A DNA stretch of 45,964 nt from an uncultured Candidatus Saccharibacteria bacterium (GCA_938042055.1 CALIRX010000007.1:1-45964), one strand, 5' to 3'. Positions 28,029 to 38,944 are shown, counted from the stretch's first letter. The notes: generated from the letters alone by a model not told the origin. Numbers and translations: made by a program.

Positions 28029-28382
28029 TTATCTTCTAACAGATAGCCTAATTGATAATTCTTGATGTAGGTCGCGTAGTCTGCGCTCGTTTTGGTCGAT
28101 ACGTTGGCGTTGGTTGTTGGAGATATAGAATAGAAAAATAATCGTCGTAGTTTGTAAAATATCAAACAAGCTTAATTCTGATGAATCAAGTGGCGGATGC
28201 CCAAGTGAGATGTTGTATATCGGGAACGACCCCATCAAGGAAACCATGATGACTAGCCAAATAATGAGTTGATGACGAAAGCGTGCCGGGCTGACTTTAC
28301 GCAGTTTGTATTGAGTGATTATATTGATTAGTGCCGCCAGAATAATCGGCACATTGAGTAGTATGAGGATAAGATATCTCAT
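28029..28382 (-). CDS. Small membrane protein, DUF2304/GacJ-like partner of the upstream GT2
   Basis: Three TMs followed by a C-terminal coiled segment (NERRLRDLHQELSI); translationally coupled to the GT2. Confidence 0.6.
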   Translation of the reverse strand: MRYLILILLNVPIILAALINIITQYKLRKVSPARFRHQLIIWLVIMVSLMGSFPIYNISLGHPPLDSSELSLFDILQTTTIIFLFYISNNQRQRIDQNERRLRDLHQELSIRLSVRR

Positions 28383-29083
28383 TCAAATAACTCCGTTAAG
28401 CGTTGCTTAAATAGTCGTTTGATAATATTGATGGCGTTCCAGTTGTTTTGACCTTTGGCTCGGGAATAGTCGGTGTAAATTGCTTTAATCGGGTATTCAG
28501 AAATAACCATGCTTGCCTGTTTAGCTCGCCAAATCATCTCTGAGCAAAACTCATAACCAGTTGATTTCCAGTCAAGGCTATCAATGGCCTTTCGTGAGTA
28601 AACTCGCAGACCAGATTGTGAATCGGTAACGTTGATACCGAACAGTACGTAGGTGATGAAGCTGAGGCCTTTGTTTCCTAGGACTTTAGTCCTGGACATG
28701 CCCTCGCTATTGATGAGTCGACTACCAATCAGTAGGTCTGTATTAGAAGTGGAGATTTTTTTAATTCCAGCTAAAACATCTTCTGGGTCATGTTGGCCGT
28801 CGGCATCCATAGTGGCGACAATGTCATAATTATTTTGTCGAGCGTAGGCGAGGCCGGTTAATGTGGCGCCTCCAGCTCCGGAATTCAATATATGATCAAT
28901 AACTATTGCGCCGCCTTTTTTAGCTTGCTCAAGAGTATCATCTCTGGATCCGTCATTGATTAGCACGACGTCAATAGAATATTCTTTTTTAGCCTCTGAA
29001 AATGTTTTCTTAGATTTTTTAATAACATTTTTTATAACAGGAGCTTCATTGTAAGCAGGAATGATAATACAAACTTTTTTCAT
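28379..29083 (-). CDS. DPM-synthase-like GT2 (GacI-like undecaprenyl-phosphate sugar synthase)
   Basis: IIPAYNE, NDGSRD, TMDADGQH, GSR, TDSQSGLR, YTDYS..KGQ. Confidence 0.88.
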   Translation of the reverse strand: MKKVCIIIPAYNEAPVIKNVIKKSKKTFSEAKKEYSIDVVLINDGSRDDTLEQAKKGGAIVIDHILNSGAGGATLTGLAYARQNNYDIVATMDADGQHDPEDVLAGIKKISTSNTDLLIGSRLINSEGMSRTKVLGNKGLSFITYVLFGINVTDSQSGLRVYSRKAIDSLDWKSTGYEFCSEMIWRAKQASMVISEYPIKAIYTDYSRAKGQNNWNAINIIKRLFKQRLTELFE

Positions 29084-29084
29084 A

Positions 29085-29951
29085 TTATTTATTAATTAAC
29101 CTTGTAAAATAACTACCATATCCAGATTTAGCAAGTGGTTCGGATAGATTTTTTAGCTGATCTTTAGAGATCCAACCGTTATAAAAGGCGATTTTTTCAG
29201 GACTGCCAATAATCCTACCGGTTCGTTTTTGGATAACTCTAACGAAGTCGGATGCGTCAGTTAAACTGTCGATTGTCCCTGTGTCCAACCAAACATCTCC
29301 ATTGTCTAAGGTTTGAACTTGCAATTTACCGCGACGTAAGTATTCTGCATTAATGGATGTAATTTCTAATTCTCCTCGAGCTGACGGCTTTACGTTTTTA
29401 GCAATCTCTACTACGTCATTATCATAAAAATATAAGCCAACAACTGCGAAGTGGGATTTTGGGGAAGTTGGTTTTTCTTCAATTGATATTGCCTGATTTT
29501 GGTCATCAAATTCAACGACACCATACCTTTCTGGGTCAGATACTTTATAGGCAAAAACCGTGCCTCCGTCGGGATTTGTACATTCCCGCAGAGACTCATC
29601 TAAACGCTCTCCATAAAATATATTATCTCCCAGTACTAGGGCTACTTTATCGTCACCAATAAAATCTTCACCAATAATAAAAGCTTGCGCCAGACCATCT
29701 GGAGTGGGCTGAACAGCGTATTCTAGATTTATACCCCATTGTGATCCGTTGCCAAGAAGCCTCTTGAAGCCGTCTTGGTCATCTGGAGTGGTAATTACGA
29801 GAATGTCACGAATTCCCGCTTGCATTAATGTGGTAAGCGGATAATAAATCATTGGCTTGTCGTAAATAGGCATTAATTGCTTGCTTATGGCCTGAGTAAT
29901 TGGCCATAATCGCGTACCCGATCCACCCGCTAAAATTATTCCCTTCATCAT
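29085..29951 (-). CDS. rmlA: Glucose-1-phosphate thymidylyltransferase
   Basis: [42 protein letters not shown]. Confidence 0.98.
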   Translation of the reverse strand: MMKGIILAGGSGTRLWPITQAISKQLMPIYDKPMIYYPLTTLMQAGIRDILVITTPDDQDGFKRLLGNGSQWGINLEYAVQPTPDGLAQAFIIGEDFIGDDKVALVLGDNIFYGERLDESLRECTNPDGGTVFAYKVSDPERYGVVEFDDQNQAISIEEKPTSPKSHFAVVGLYFYDNDVVEIAKNVKPSARGELEITSINAEYLRRGKLQVQTLDNGDVWLDTGTIDSLTDASDFVRVIQKRTGRIIGSPEKIAFYNGWISKDQLKNLSEPLAKSGYGSYFTRLINK

Positions 29952-29971
29952 ATTCTCCTTTGTGTTGTATG

Positions 29972-30000
29972 ATTATATATCTATGATTCGACAGTATCAA
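29972..30000 (-). promoter_or_regulatory. Sigma70-type promoter of rmlA
   Basis: Minus strand TTGATA-17 nt-TATAAT, followed by SD AAGGAG. Confidence 0.7.
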
Positions 30001-30035
30001 GGTTAAACGGTTTTGAGATTTATAAATGTTACATT

Positions 30036-30887
30036 TTAAGCGTTGTTTAATATATATTGCCTTAAATCCTCTTCCCAGTTACGGCTTTGAAATCCTGTAG
30101 AGTGCAGTTTATCTAGACTCATATCACTATTGAGTGGTCGTGGCGCAACCCCCGGCTTGTTGGCAAAATATTCTGCGGTAGTTGTATTAGAAACGATTAA
30201 GTCTTTATGATTAGATAATTCAAATATTTTTCTAGTAATGTCTGCCCAAGAAGCGAGTGGTCCGTCATTTGTTGCATTGTAAGTTCCGAATGGAGCTTTA
30301 GTTGACAATAAATGATCTATAATACGCACTAGCTCACTGGTGAACGTTAAGCGACCTATTTGGTCATTAACAACGGTTGGTGAGATATTCTTTTCTGCCA
30401 ATCCTAGCATGGTGCGGACAAAATTTTTGCCTTCACCAATTACCCATGTAGACCGAAGTAGATAGAAGCGGTCTAATTGTTCGACCAATAGGTCTCCTGC
30501 GGCCTTACTCTGACCATAGACACTAAGAGGGCTAAGCGACTCGTCCTCTGTGTGAGGTTTTTTGGTTCCATCGAATACGTAATCGCTGGAAATGTGAACC
30601 ATTGTCATATCATATTTTCGGCATACTCGAGTAAGGTTAGACACTGCAGATGCATTAACTTTCCAAGATGCTACGCGGCCTTCTTCGGTTTCTGCTGCAT
30701 CAACGTTAGTCCAGGCTGCGGCGTTTATAATGATCGATCCATGTTGCCAATCGAAAGAGTCGACAGCGGTTTTATTGGTAATGTCTAAATCTTGATGCGA
30801 TAACGCCGTCGCATTGGGAAAAACGTGCTGTAGTGCTCGTCCTAGTTGGCCATTAGCTCCAGTAATAAATACAGCTTTATTATCCAT
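30036..30887 (-). CDS. rmlD: dTDP-4-dehydrorhamnose reductase
   Basis: ITGANGQLG, NAAAWTNVD, HISSDYVFDG, YGQSKAAG, VVNDQIG. Confidence 0.96.
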   Translation of the reverse strand: MDNKAVFITGANGQLGRALQHVFPNATALSHQDLDITNKTAVDSFDWQHGSIIINAAAWTNVDAAETEEGRVASWKVNASAVSNLTRVCRKYDMTMVHISSDYVFDGTKKPHTEDESLSPLSVYGQSKAAGDLLVEQLDRFYLLRSTWVIGEGKNFVRTMLGLAEKNISPTVVNDQIGRLTFTSELVRIIDHLLSTKAPFGTYNATNDGPLASWADITRKIFELSNHKDLIVSNTTTAEYFANKPGVAPRPLNSDMSLDKLHSTGFQSRNWEEDLRQYILNNA

Positions 30888-31453
30888 TAAATCTCCATAG
30901 GAATTACATTATTTAATAGTGGATGTGCGGCATCTTTTTCGGAAATAATTGCTTGATCCTTATTGATTGGCCAGTTGATATTTAGCTCTGTATCAAATAA
31001 ATTAACAAAAGTATATTTAGCATCTGGGAACCAATGAGCGTCAACTAGATATGTATAGGCGACATTATCATCAAGTGTTTGATAGCCGTTAGCTACGCCT
31101 TTAGGAACGAAAATTGCCGTACCCGGATTAATCTCGTGCGTGAAAACTTGGCCGAAACTCTCACCTTTACGAAGGTCACACCAAGCTCCAAAAACACGCC
31201 CATTGGCTGTTGAAATGAATTTGTTCCAAGGCTCAGCATGAAGACCGCGTGTGGCGCCAGTTTTGTCATTGAAGCTGATATTGTTTTGTACGATATTGAA
31301 CGATGGCAAGCCTAAGGCTTCCATTTTTTCTTTTTGATAATTCTCTTTGAACCAGCCACGATTGTCGTCATGTACGGGTAATTTAATAACAAATAACCCT
31401 GGAATTGACGATTCAGTGACTGTAAGTTCATTGTAGTCAGTTGGGTCAAACAT
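30887..31453 (-). CDS. rmlC: dTDP-4-dehydrorhamnose 3,5-epimerase
   Basis: DNRGWFKEN, QNNISFN, RGLHAEPW, VPKGVANGYQ, SEKD. Confidence 0.96.
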   Translation of the reverse strand: MFDPTDYNELTVTESSIPGLFVIKLPVHDDNRGWFKENYQKEKMEALGLPSFNIVQNNISFNDKTGATRGLHAEPWNKFISTANGRVFGAWCDLRKGESFGQVFTHEINPGTAIFVPKGVANGYQTLDDNVAYTYLVDAHWFPDAKYTFVNLFDTELNINWPINKDQAIISEKDAAHPLLNNVIPMEI

Positions 31454-31455
31454 AA

Positions 31456-32492
<1,037 letters not shown>

Positions 32493-32516
32493 AGAGAAGT
32501 TATAGAGGAGGATATT

Positions 32517-32954
32517 ATGAAAGTTGTAATTGTTAGCGGCTATTTTAATCCATTACACGGTGGGCATTTAGATATGATTGAGGCGGCTGCAAAAATGGGT
32601 GATTATTTGATTGTAGTGGTGAATAATGACAAGCAGCAATTGCTAAAAAAAGGAAAAATTATCCTTGATGAAGAAAATCGACTTCGCTTAATGCGAGCAT
32701 TAAAGGGTGTCGATCAGGTGATGCTGTCTATTGATGAAGAGCCTCCAGTTACGGAAACATTAGAAATGATCGCTCGGCAATATCCGGGATGTCAATTGGT
32801 GTTTGCAAATGGTGGCGATAGATCAGCGCCAGAAGTTGTTCCAGAGCGTGATGTTTGCGAAAAGTACAACATTGAAATGGTCTATGGAGTTGGCGGCTCA
32901 AATAAAGCAGACTCGTCTACTCGAATTAATCAAGCTACTGGACAGGAAAGCTAA
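32517..32954 (+). CDS. Cytidylyltransferase-like nucleotidyltransferase (TagD/RfaE-II-like)
   Basis: SGYFNPLHGGH (HxGH), VVVNND, FANGGDR, SST; SD GAGGAGG. Confidence 0.88.
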   Translation: MKVVIVSGYFNPLHGGHLDMIEAAAKMGDYLIVVVNNDKQQLLKKGKIILDEENRLRLMRALKGVDQVMLSIDEEPPVTETLEMIARQYPGCQLVFANGGDRSAPEVVPERDVCEKYNIEMVYGVGGSNKADSSTRINQATGQES

Positions 32955-32956
32955 TC

Positions 32957-34054
32957 TCAGCTTTTCCGACCATATTTTTCATACACAGCCAAAGTTTGCT
33001 CTGCCATGCGCTGCCATGAAAATGTCTTAACGTGTTTCTTGCCTTTTTTAACGAGTTCATTGCGCAATTTGTCATCAGATAAGATGTCGTCAATTGATTT
33101 TGCTATATCCTCGACACTGAAAGGATCAAAATAGTGAGCAGCATCGCCGTGAGTTTCTGGTAGGCAAGTAGCCGTGCTCGAGGCGACTGGTGCGCCGTGT
33201 AGCATTGCCTCTAGCCCTGGCAAACCAAATCCTTCACTGAGCGAAGGGAAGCAATAAACTGCCGTATTTTCGTACATCCAGCGTAATTGCTCGTCTGATA
33301 TAAAGCCGGTAAACACAACATTTTTAATTCCATGCTCATTTACATATGTCTCGTGGCGAGCGTAATTGCTATCTTTTTTACCCGCCAAAGCCAGCGTTAA
33401 ATCTGGATATTTTTTCTGCAACAAAGCAAATGCGTCAATTAGTCGTCGAAGGTTTTTATGTGGCGTCGGCCTACCGATATACATAATGAATTTTTTACCA
33501 ATCAGCTCGTCAACAGGCTCGTTGCCTTTTGGCAGTTCGTCTGCAGATTCCAAAGTTACAGTAATTTTCTCTGGGTTTACGCCGGTGAATTTAATTAAAT
33601 CATTTTTTACGAAGTTAGAAATTGTGATGATGTGCGAAGATTTTTTCGCAACTTTTTTATTGACCCATTTATAAATTTGCTGCTTAATCCAGAAAACGAC
33701 AGGATTTTTATCTGGATTTCTAAATCTGACAGTGGTCAAATCTTGCATCGTAGTAACAACTGGACTGGAATTATACCAAACAGGCTGCTGAACCATCGCA
33801 AAATGAACTAAGTCTGGATTGAGACTTTCAAGTTGTTTTTTAAAGCCGATTTGTTCAGCAAAAGTGTATTCTTTATATGGGCAAATAACTTTCTGAAATC
33901 TTGGGTTACTTGGCTGCCAATTGTCAAAATCTTTTGGCTTGAGCAGAATAACATAATCGTTTTTATTATCAATTTTCTGCAAATAATGAATCAGCCGTTC
34001 GATGTACCGACCAGTGCTAGTCCTTAATGTTCGGGCGTCAATTACGATTTTCAC
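32957..34054 (-). CDS. GT4 glycosyltransferase
   Basis: (M)KIVIDAR from GTG 34054, PHKNL, FPSLSEGFGLPGLEAM, FSWQRMA. Confidence 0.92.
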   Translation of the reverse strand: MKIVIDARTLRTSTGRYIERLIHYLQKIDNKNDYVILLKPKDFDNWQPSNPRFQKVICPYKEYTFAEQIGFKKQLESLNPDLVHFAMVQQPVWYNSSPVVTTMQDLTTVRFRNPDKNPVVFWIKQQIYKWVNKKVAKKSSHIITISNFVKNDLIKFTGVNPEKITVTLESADELPKGNEPVDELIGKKFIMYIGRPTPHKNLRRLIDAFALLQKKYPDLTLALAGKKDSNYARHETYVNEHGIKNVVFTGFISDEQLRWMYENTAVYCFPSLSEGFGLPGLEAMLHGAPVASSTATCLPETHGDAAHYFDPFSVEDIAKSIDDILSDDKLRNELVKKGKKHVKTFSWQRMAEQTLAVYEKYGRKS

Positions 34055-35180
34055 GATAATGTTCCTTCCATGATTTATCAACTATATTTTTTATCGCTTT
34101 ATGGAAAATTGCAGCTGAAAATTCGTTAGCTGTGGCTGAGATTTTTGTAGGTGAAACTTTTTTTCCTGGAAGTTTATCTAAGGTTTTTATCAATGAAGAA
34201 TCTGTTTGCTCAGAAAAGAACCAGCCGTTTTTCTCAGATTTTATATAATCAAGTGCGCCGCCGGCTTCATACGCAACCACTGGAATGCCAGATGCCAACG
34301 CTTCGACTGGCGCGATTCCAAAATCTTCGTGTGAACAAAAAATAAACAAATCTGCTTTTTTAATATATTTTTCTCGTGTGGCATTATCGACGAATCCTAA
34401 GAAATTAGTATGTTTATCAGCAATATTTTTTAGATTATCAACGTCTGGACCTTTCCCAATAATATCTAATTGCCAGCCAAGTTTCTGACAAGCTTTAATA
34501 GCAATATCAAGTCGTTTCATCGGTACAATTCGCCCCCAAATCAGACAGCGAGGTTTTTTGGGGATGGACGTTTGCTTGCGATTCTTGGCAAGCGGCGAAA
34601 AGCTCGACACGTCAATTGGCGGAAAAATAACCGTACTTTTTCGTTGGTAAAACTCTTCAATATCAGCCTGAATCCCCGTAGAGTTGGCGATAAAAACATC
34701 AACTTGCTGAGCGGCATTGAAATCTCGTTTTTTCAGTGGTCGAACTAGGGTTTTTAAGCCTAGGCGTGCCAGCCATTGTGGGCGAAAACTTGGTCGTTTG
34801 ATATATTCGTCGTAATGTCGCCAATAAAAATGCGTTGGCGTGTGGCAATAACAAATATGAAGTTGATCTGGTCTGGATTTGCGGACGAATTTTGCCTCAC
34901 CATTTCCTGAGCTGGAGATGATAATGTCAAATTCGCTAAGATCAAGCTTAGCGAACCACCACTGTCTAAGAAGTGGTAGCAATCGTCGAATTTTTGAAAA
35001 TGGCCATCGCTGTAAATAGCCAGTAACGACTTTATTATCTAATCTTTCTCGCCATTCGTCGCTACAAAAAGAAGTGTAAATTGGCGCATCTGGGTACAAT
35101 TTGTGAATTTCCAAAACGACCTTTTCGGCTCCGCCGCCGTAAATCCAATCATGAACTATGGCAATTTTTGGCTTACTCAT
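34038..35180 (-). CDS. GT4 glycosyltransferase (WbaZ-like)
   Basis: IAIVHDW..GGGAEKV, CYCHTP, ANS, EDFGIAPVEA. Confidence 0.92.
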   Translation of the reverse strand: MSKPKIAIVHDWIYGGGAEKVVLEIHKLYPDAPIYTSFCSDEWRERLDNKVVTGYLQRWPFSKIRRLLPLLRQWWFAKLDLSEFDIIISSSGNGEAKFVRKSRPDQLHICYCHTPTHFYWRHYDEYIKRPSFRPQWLARLGLKTLVRPLKKRDFNAAQQVDVFIANSTGIQADIEEFYQRKSTVIFPPIDVSSFSPLAKNRKQTSIPKKPRCLIWGRIVPMKRLDIAIKACQKLGWQLDIIGKGPDVDNLKNIADKHTNFLGFVDNATREKYIKKADLFIFCSHEDFGIAPVEALASGIPVVAYEAGGALDYIKSEKNGWFFSEQTDSSLIKTLDKLPGKKVSPTKISATANEFSAAIFHKAIKNIVDKSWKEHYRENRN

Positions 35181-36601
35181 TAATTATCTTTCTGGAAAAT
35201 AACCAAGCAGGTTTTTAATAAAATCGTGATGTCCATCCAAAGACTCCAGTTCTGGACGTAATATAAGTCAATTCGTCGCCGTTCTTCAAAGCTAATACTG
35301 CGCCTGCCAGATACTACTGCAAGTCCAGTGAGTCCTGATTTGACCGCTAATAAAACGTGTTTTTTGTCGTATGCGCTTAATTCGTGCGGTACCAGCGCTC
35401 GCGGTCCGACCAGGCTGATATCTCCTTTAACGACGTTGAATAATTGTGGCAATTCATCAAGACTAAAGCGACGAATAAATCGACCAACTGGCGTCACGCG
35501 AAAATCATGATCAAGCTTGTCGCCGTTTTTACGGTATTCTTCGATTAGCTCAGGCTTACCGACCATTCGAAACACTTCTTCGTCAGTTTTGCCGTCAAAC
35601 TTTGCATAATGCGAGCGGAACTTATAGACCTTAAACGGTCGATTGTAACGAGTGAGGCGTTTTTGCTGTTTGCCGTGCATTAAAATCGGTCCCGCTGGGT
35701 CGCTGATTTTTACGGCAATTGCCACCAAAAGCATAATTGGCGAGGCGATGATAATTCCAATTGTCCCGCCTACAATGTCCATAATTCGCTTAACAATTCG
35801 CCCATAGCCCATTAACGGCGTCGGATGAGTGTGAATTAGCGGCACGGAGTCGATGATATCAATAGTGTGTTTGGTGGTCATAATTCCGTCGAATTCCGGC
35901 GCTTGATAAAAATCCAGATAATGTTTCTGGGCAATTTGATAATGTTCGCTAACGTTTTTTGAGTCGGTTTGGATAATAACATCAATTTTATCCATGGTGA
36001 GCGCCGATTCTAATGACGAGCGTCGAAGCTTTTTTAATTCAATAGGAATGAACTGGGTTTGCGCAACAATTCCGCTAATCTTAAAGCCAGTTAACGGATT
36101 AGTTTCTATAAAATCAGCCAAAACGTGAGTTAAGTCACAATTGCCAATTAGTATAACACGGCGCGCACCTAAACCGCGTTTTAATAGTTTCAGACGAACA
36201 ATATTGGCGGCGCTGCGGAAAATCATTAGTAAGATGAAGCCAATTCCAGTGGCGTAAACCGCGACAAGTTTGGCTGGGAATAGTGGGGTATTAGTAAAGA
36301 ACGCCACGGAAATCATAATCATAATTCCAGTTATTGACGCCAAAAGTATTTGTCCGAAGTTTCGCAACGGGTGTGTGTAAACCTCTCGGTCGTATAAGCC
36401 AAAGAAGTAGAACATTACAATCCACAACGGCAACGTCATAAAAATTGAGGTAATAAAATCTATGGCATTGATGCTGATATGGAATGGTCTAGGATCCAGG
36501 GAGATTCGCAAAATATAGGCAATAGTAAATGCACTTAATAAAGCTAAGATATCAAGAACGACCAGAGCAATTTTGAAGTAAAAATCAGACTTTTTCCGCA
36601 T
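35180..36601 (-). CDS. Priming polyprenyl-phosphate sugar phosphotransferase (WbaP/WcaJ/CpsE family)
   Basis: N-terminal TMs, KRIMDI, YKFRS, RVTPVGRFIRRFSLDELPQLFNV.KGDISLVGPR, DLYYVQNWSLWMD. Confidence 0.95.
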   Translation of the reverse strand: MRKKSDFYFKIALVVLDILALLSAFTIAYILRISLDPRPFHISINAIDFITSIFMTLPLWIVMFYFFGLYDREVYTHPLRNFGQILLASITGIMIMISVAFFTNTPLFPAKLVAVYATGIGFILLMIFRSAANIVRLKLLKRGLGARRVILIGNCDLTHVLADFIETNPLTGFKISGIVAQTQFIPIELKKLRRSSLESALTMDKIDVIIQTDSKNVSEHYQIAQKHYLDFYQAPEFDGIMTTKHTIDIIDSVPLIHTHPTPLMGYGRIVKRIMDIVGGTIGIIIASPIMLLVAIAVKISDPAGPILMHGKQQKRLTRYNRPFKVYKFRSHYAKFDGKTDEEVFRMVGKPELIEEYRKNGDKLDHDFRVTPVGRFIRRFSLDELPQLFNVVKGDISLVGPRALVPHELSAYDKKHVLLAVKSGLTGLAVVSGRRSISFEERRRIDLYYVQNWSLWMDITILLKTCLVIFQKDN

Positions 36602-37982
36602 AATCTCTGGGGTAATTATACAAAAATATGCCGATTATAGCAAAACAATGAATCGTATTTATAAAACTGCCAAAAAACCAGAAATGCACAAACATCGCTA
36701 TGGCTAGAGATAAGATAAATTGAGCTTTAATTTTACGGATATTTTTTATGGCGAAAAATATAATTGTCAACGGGACAATTAGAAGGACGAATAGCCCGAT
36801 GATCCCTAAGCCGCTGAGTAATAATATGTAAAAAACGTAGACTGTTTGGTCTGCTGGGACGTTTATATAAAAATGTTTTTGGATGAAATTACCGAGGTTG
36901 CCGAGTCCAACGCCAAAGAAGAATGTTCGTGGCGATGACAGCCAAGATTTTATAGCTAAGTCACTGGCGCTGAGTCTGTCATTGGCGGAAGCTTCAACGA
37001 AACCGGCAGGCTGGAAAGAATTGTTGCTTGGTGGAACGTTTTCGGCGGGTTTTGGCGACGGATTTTTGGTGATGGATTTTTGCGGAATCTTAATTTTCCC
37101 GAGAGATAATTGATCGACCATACTGACGAAGGTATTGTGCGCAATGAAGGGCGTGTTGGCGTATCTAATGTTGGCTGATGAGAATAATAAGATGAATCCG
37201 AGTAATAATCCAGCGAAGATGATTGGAAGCTTTTTACGGATAAAAGATGTGTCAATTCGTTTTACAAAAGCGATTATAAATAAGGCTGTGATGGCGATAA
37301 AAATTGCTAAAAATCCGCCACGGGAAAATGTTAAAGATATGGCGAGAGTTGTGAAAAATAGGCTAAATTTGGCTAGGCGAGATTTTGATTGAAAGAGCGC
37401 AAGGAAAAATGCTGGAAGTAGAGAATTGGCGAAGAACTGAGGTTCGGCGGCGAATAAATTGATTCGCGGAAATCCAAAAACGTTGGCTTTACAACCAGCA
37501 CAAAGCGTACCAAATCCTGTTGGCTCAAAAGTGGCGACGATGAGCTGAATGATTGCTAAAATCCCAAAAACTAGACCGCTCCATAATCCGACATTGATGA
37601 GTTTGCGTTTTTCTGATTTTGACAATTCGCCGTAAATTAAGCCAGCGGATAATCCGACGGCGAGTAAGAATAATAGCGATAATGAATATAACGCGGTGCG
37701 TAGGCGTGCTTCTGCGAAAAATACGCCGACGACGATGGCGATAAAAATTGCTAAAAATCCGCCGATCAGCCATCGGTTTTTCAGTAATTCTTGGCGTTTT
37801 TTAAGTAGTAGTGGCAAGGAAAATAACAATAGGCTTACAGCAACGATTTGATATAATCCTACGCGTAGTGATGGGAAATCCAGAATTGATAAGCCGACAC
37901 TGGGATGCAGGGCGAAGCCGCCGCCAAAAATAACAATAGTCAATATCCAGAATCGAACGTCGTTAATGTATTTTTTTGCCAT
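36585..37982 (-). CDS. O-antigen ligase / Wzy polymerase-family membrane protein
   Basis: About 12 TMs, R...FAAEPQFFA, LTFSRGG, FGVGLGN, LSGLGIIG. Confidence 0.8.
   Translation of the reverse strand: MAKKYINDVRFWILTIVIFGGGFALHPSVGLSILDFPSLRVGLYQIVAVSLLLFSLPLLLKKRQELLKNRWLIGGFLAIFIAIVVGVFFAEARLRTALYSLSLLFLLAVGLSAGLIYGELSKSEKRKLINVGLWSGLVFGILAIIQLIVATFEPTGFGTLCAGCKANVFGFPRINLFAAEPQFFANSLLPAFFLALFQSKSRLAKFSLFFTTLAISLTFSRGGFLAIFIAITALFIIAFVKRIDTSFIRKKLPIIFAGLLLGFILLFSSANIRYANTPFIAHNTFVSMVDQLSLGKIKIPQKSITKNPSPKPAENVPPSNNSFQPAGFVEASANDRLSASDLAIKSWLSSPRTFFFGVGLGNLGNFIQKHFYINVPADQTVYVFYILLLSGLGIIGLFVLLIVPLTIIFFAIKNIRKIKAQFILSLAIAMFVHFWFFGSFINTIHCFAIIGIFLYNYPRDYAEKV
37290..37763. repeat. Perfect 30-bp intragenic direct repeat (37290-37319 and 37734-37763)
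   Basis: GATGGCGATAAAAATTGCTAAAAATCCGCC occurs twice, 444 bp apart; both copies encode GGFLAIFIAI. Confidence 0.95.
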
Positions 37983-37987
37983 ATTTT

Positions 37988-38011
37988 AAGTATAGCGTAT
38001 GGTGTATACTT
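37988..38011. promoter_or_regulatory. Symmetric bidirectional promoter AAGTATA-N10-TATACTT
   Basis: TATACT on each strand, each exactly 6 nt before an ATG (37982 minus, 38017 plus). Confidence 0.7.
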
Positions 38012-38016
38012 TAGAT

Positions 38017-38349
38017 ATGAAACTGACGAAAAAGCAAAAAATAATGTTGGATTTTATCGATGGATTTATAAAGGGCAATGGCTATAGTCCGACGCTTCGG
38101 GAAATTATGCGCGCCTTGGGGTATAAATCGGTGTCGACGGTAGCAAAACACGTTGATAATTTGGTGGCTGCGGGATTTTTGGAGAAGCAGGACGGCGAAG
38201 TTAGGTCTTTGACGCTGAGCAGTGAGAAAAAAGAAGTTTGGTGGCAAAATTTAGCGAAAGAAATTAAGAAGAGAGAAGCTGAAGAAGACGAAAAATCACG
38301 CTCGGAAGTGGAGATTTTAAAAAAAGCATTGGAAATTGTCCGCCAGTAA
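38017..38349 (+). CDS. LexA-type DNA-binding-domain protein without the S24 autopeptidase domain
   Basis: MKLTKKQKIMLDFI...GYSPTLREI...YKSVSTVAKHV..L...G.L....R; short charged helical C-terminus instead of the peptidase. Start set at ATG 38017. Confidence 0.85.
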   Translation: MKLTKKQKIMLDFIDGFIKGNGYSPTLREIMRALGYKSVSTVAKHVDNLVAAGFLEKQDGEVRSLTLSSEKKEVWWQNLAKEIKKREAEEDEKSRSEVEILKKALEIVRQ

Positions 38350-38350
38350 C

Positions 38351-38379
38351 TTTACAACTATTCAAAAACTCGCTATAAT
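38351..38379 (+). promoter_or_regulatory. Promoter of tRNA-Asn
   Basis: TTTACA-17 nt-TATAAT just upstream of the tRNA. Confidence 0.7.
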
Positions 38380-38390
38380 ACAACACATAT

Positions 38391-38465
38391 TCCGGGGTAG
38401 CTCAGCGGTAGAGCGGTTGGCTGTTAACCAATAGGCCGCGGGTTCGAACCCCGCCCCCGGAGCCA
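38391..38465 (+). tRNA. tRNA-Asn (GTT)
   Basis: TCCGGGG/CCCCGGA acceptor stem, D arm GCTCAGCGGTAGAGC, anticodon loop CTGTTAA, GGTTCGAACC T arm, encoded CCA. Confidence 0.97.
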
Positions 38466-38476
38466 AATCGAATTTT

Positions 38477-38509
38477 AAGACCTCAACAAGTATAGCTGAG
38501 GTCTTTTTT
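38477..38509 (+). terminator. Intrinsic terminator after tRNA-Asn
   Basis: AAGACCTCA...TGAGGTCTT hairpin plus T run. Confidence 0.8.
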
Positions 38510-38557
38510 ATTGTTTTTGCAGTTATATATTTCTAATAACGCGGAATAGGTGAGATA

Positions 38558-38944
38558 ATGATAGCTATGAATAATACTTATTGCGATGGTATGTGGGCTA
38601 GATTTCTTTCTAGTCAATGTTTACGGGATGATTTTAAGAGCAGCCCAAGGAGTAATGATTTAAAGGATATTTTTAACTTTGCTAGTAGTTCGGCGGAGAG
38701 CGCTGAAGATTTTGAGCGGCGATTTCCGGTGATTGCGCATATTGATCTTTATAGACATACTGCTGTAGACGGCTACTCATATGTTCGGCTGGTAGAAAAT
38801 GAATTGCCAGAGATACGAAAGTTAGCGGAAGAGAGGCGAGAGGCTGATATCGTCATGCAAATAGATGATTTGATGAGGTTTATAGAGTTGGGTGTTAATG
38901 GCGCAGATGGCGATGTAGTTTTATTAGTCTTTGATGGTATGTAA
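38558..38944 (+). CDS. Small acidic hypothetical protein
   Basis: 128-aa ORF filling the intergenic gap, with an AGGTGAG SD-like sequence upstream; no confident family. Confidence 0.6.
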   Translation: MIAMNNTYCDGMWARFLSSQCLRDDFKSSPRSNDLKDIFNFASSSAESAEDFERRFPVIAHIDLYRHTAVDGYSYVRLVENELPEIRKLAEERREADIVMQIDDLMRFIELGVNGADGDVVLLVFDGM

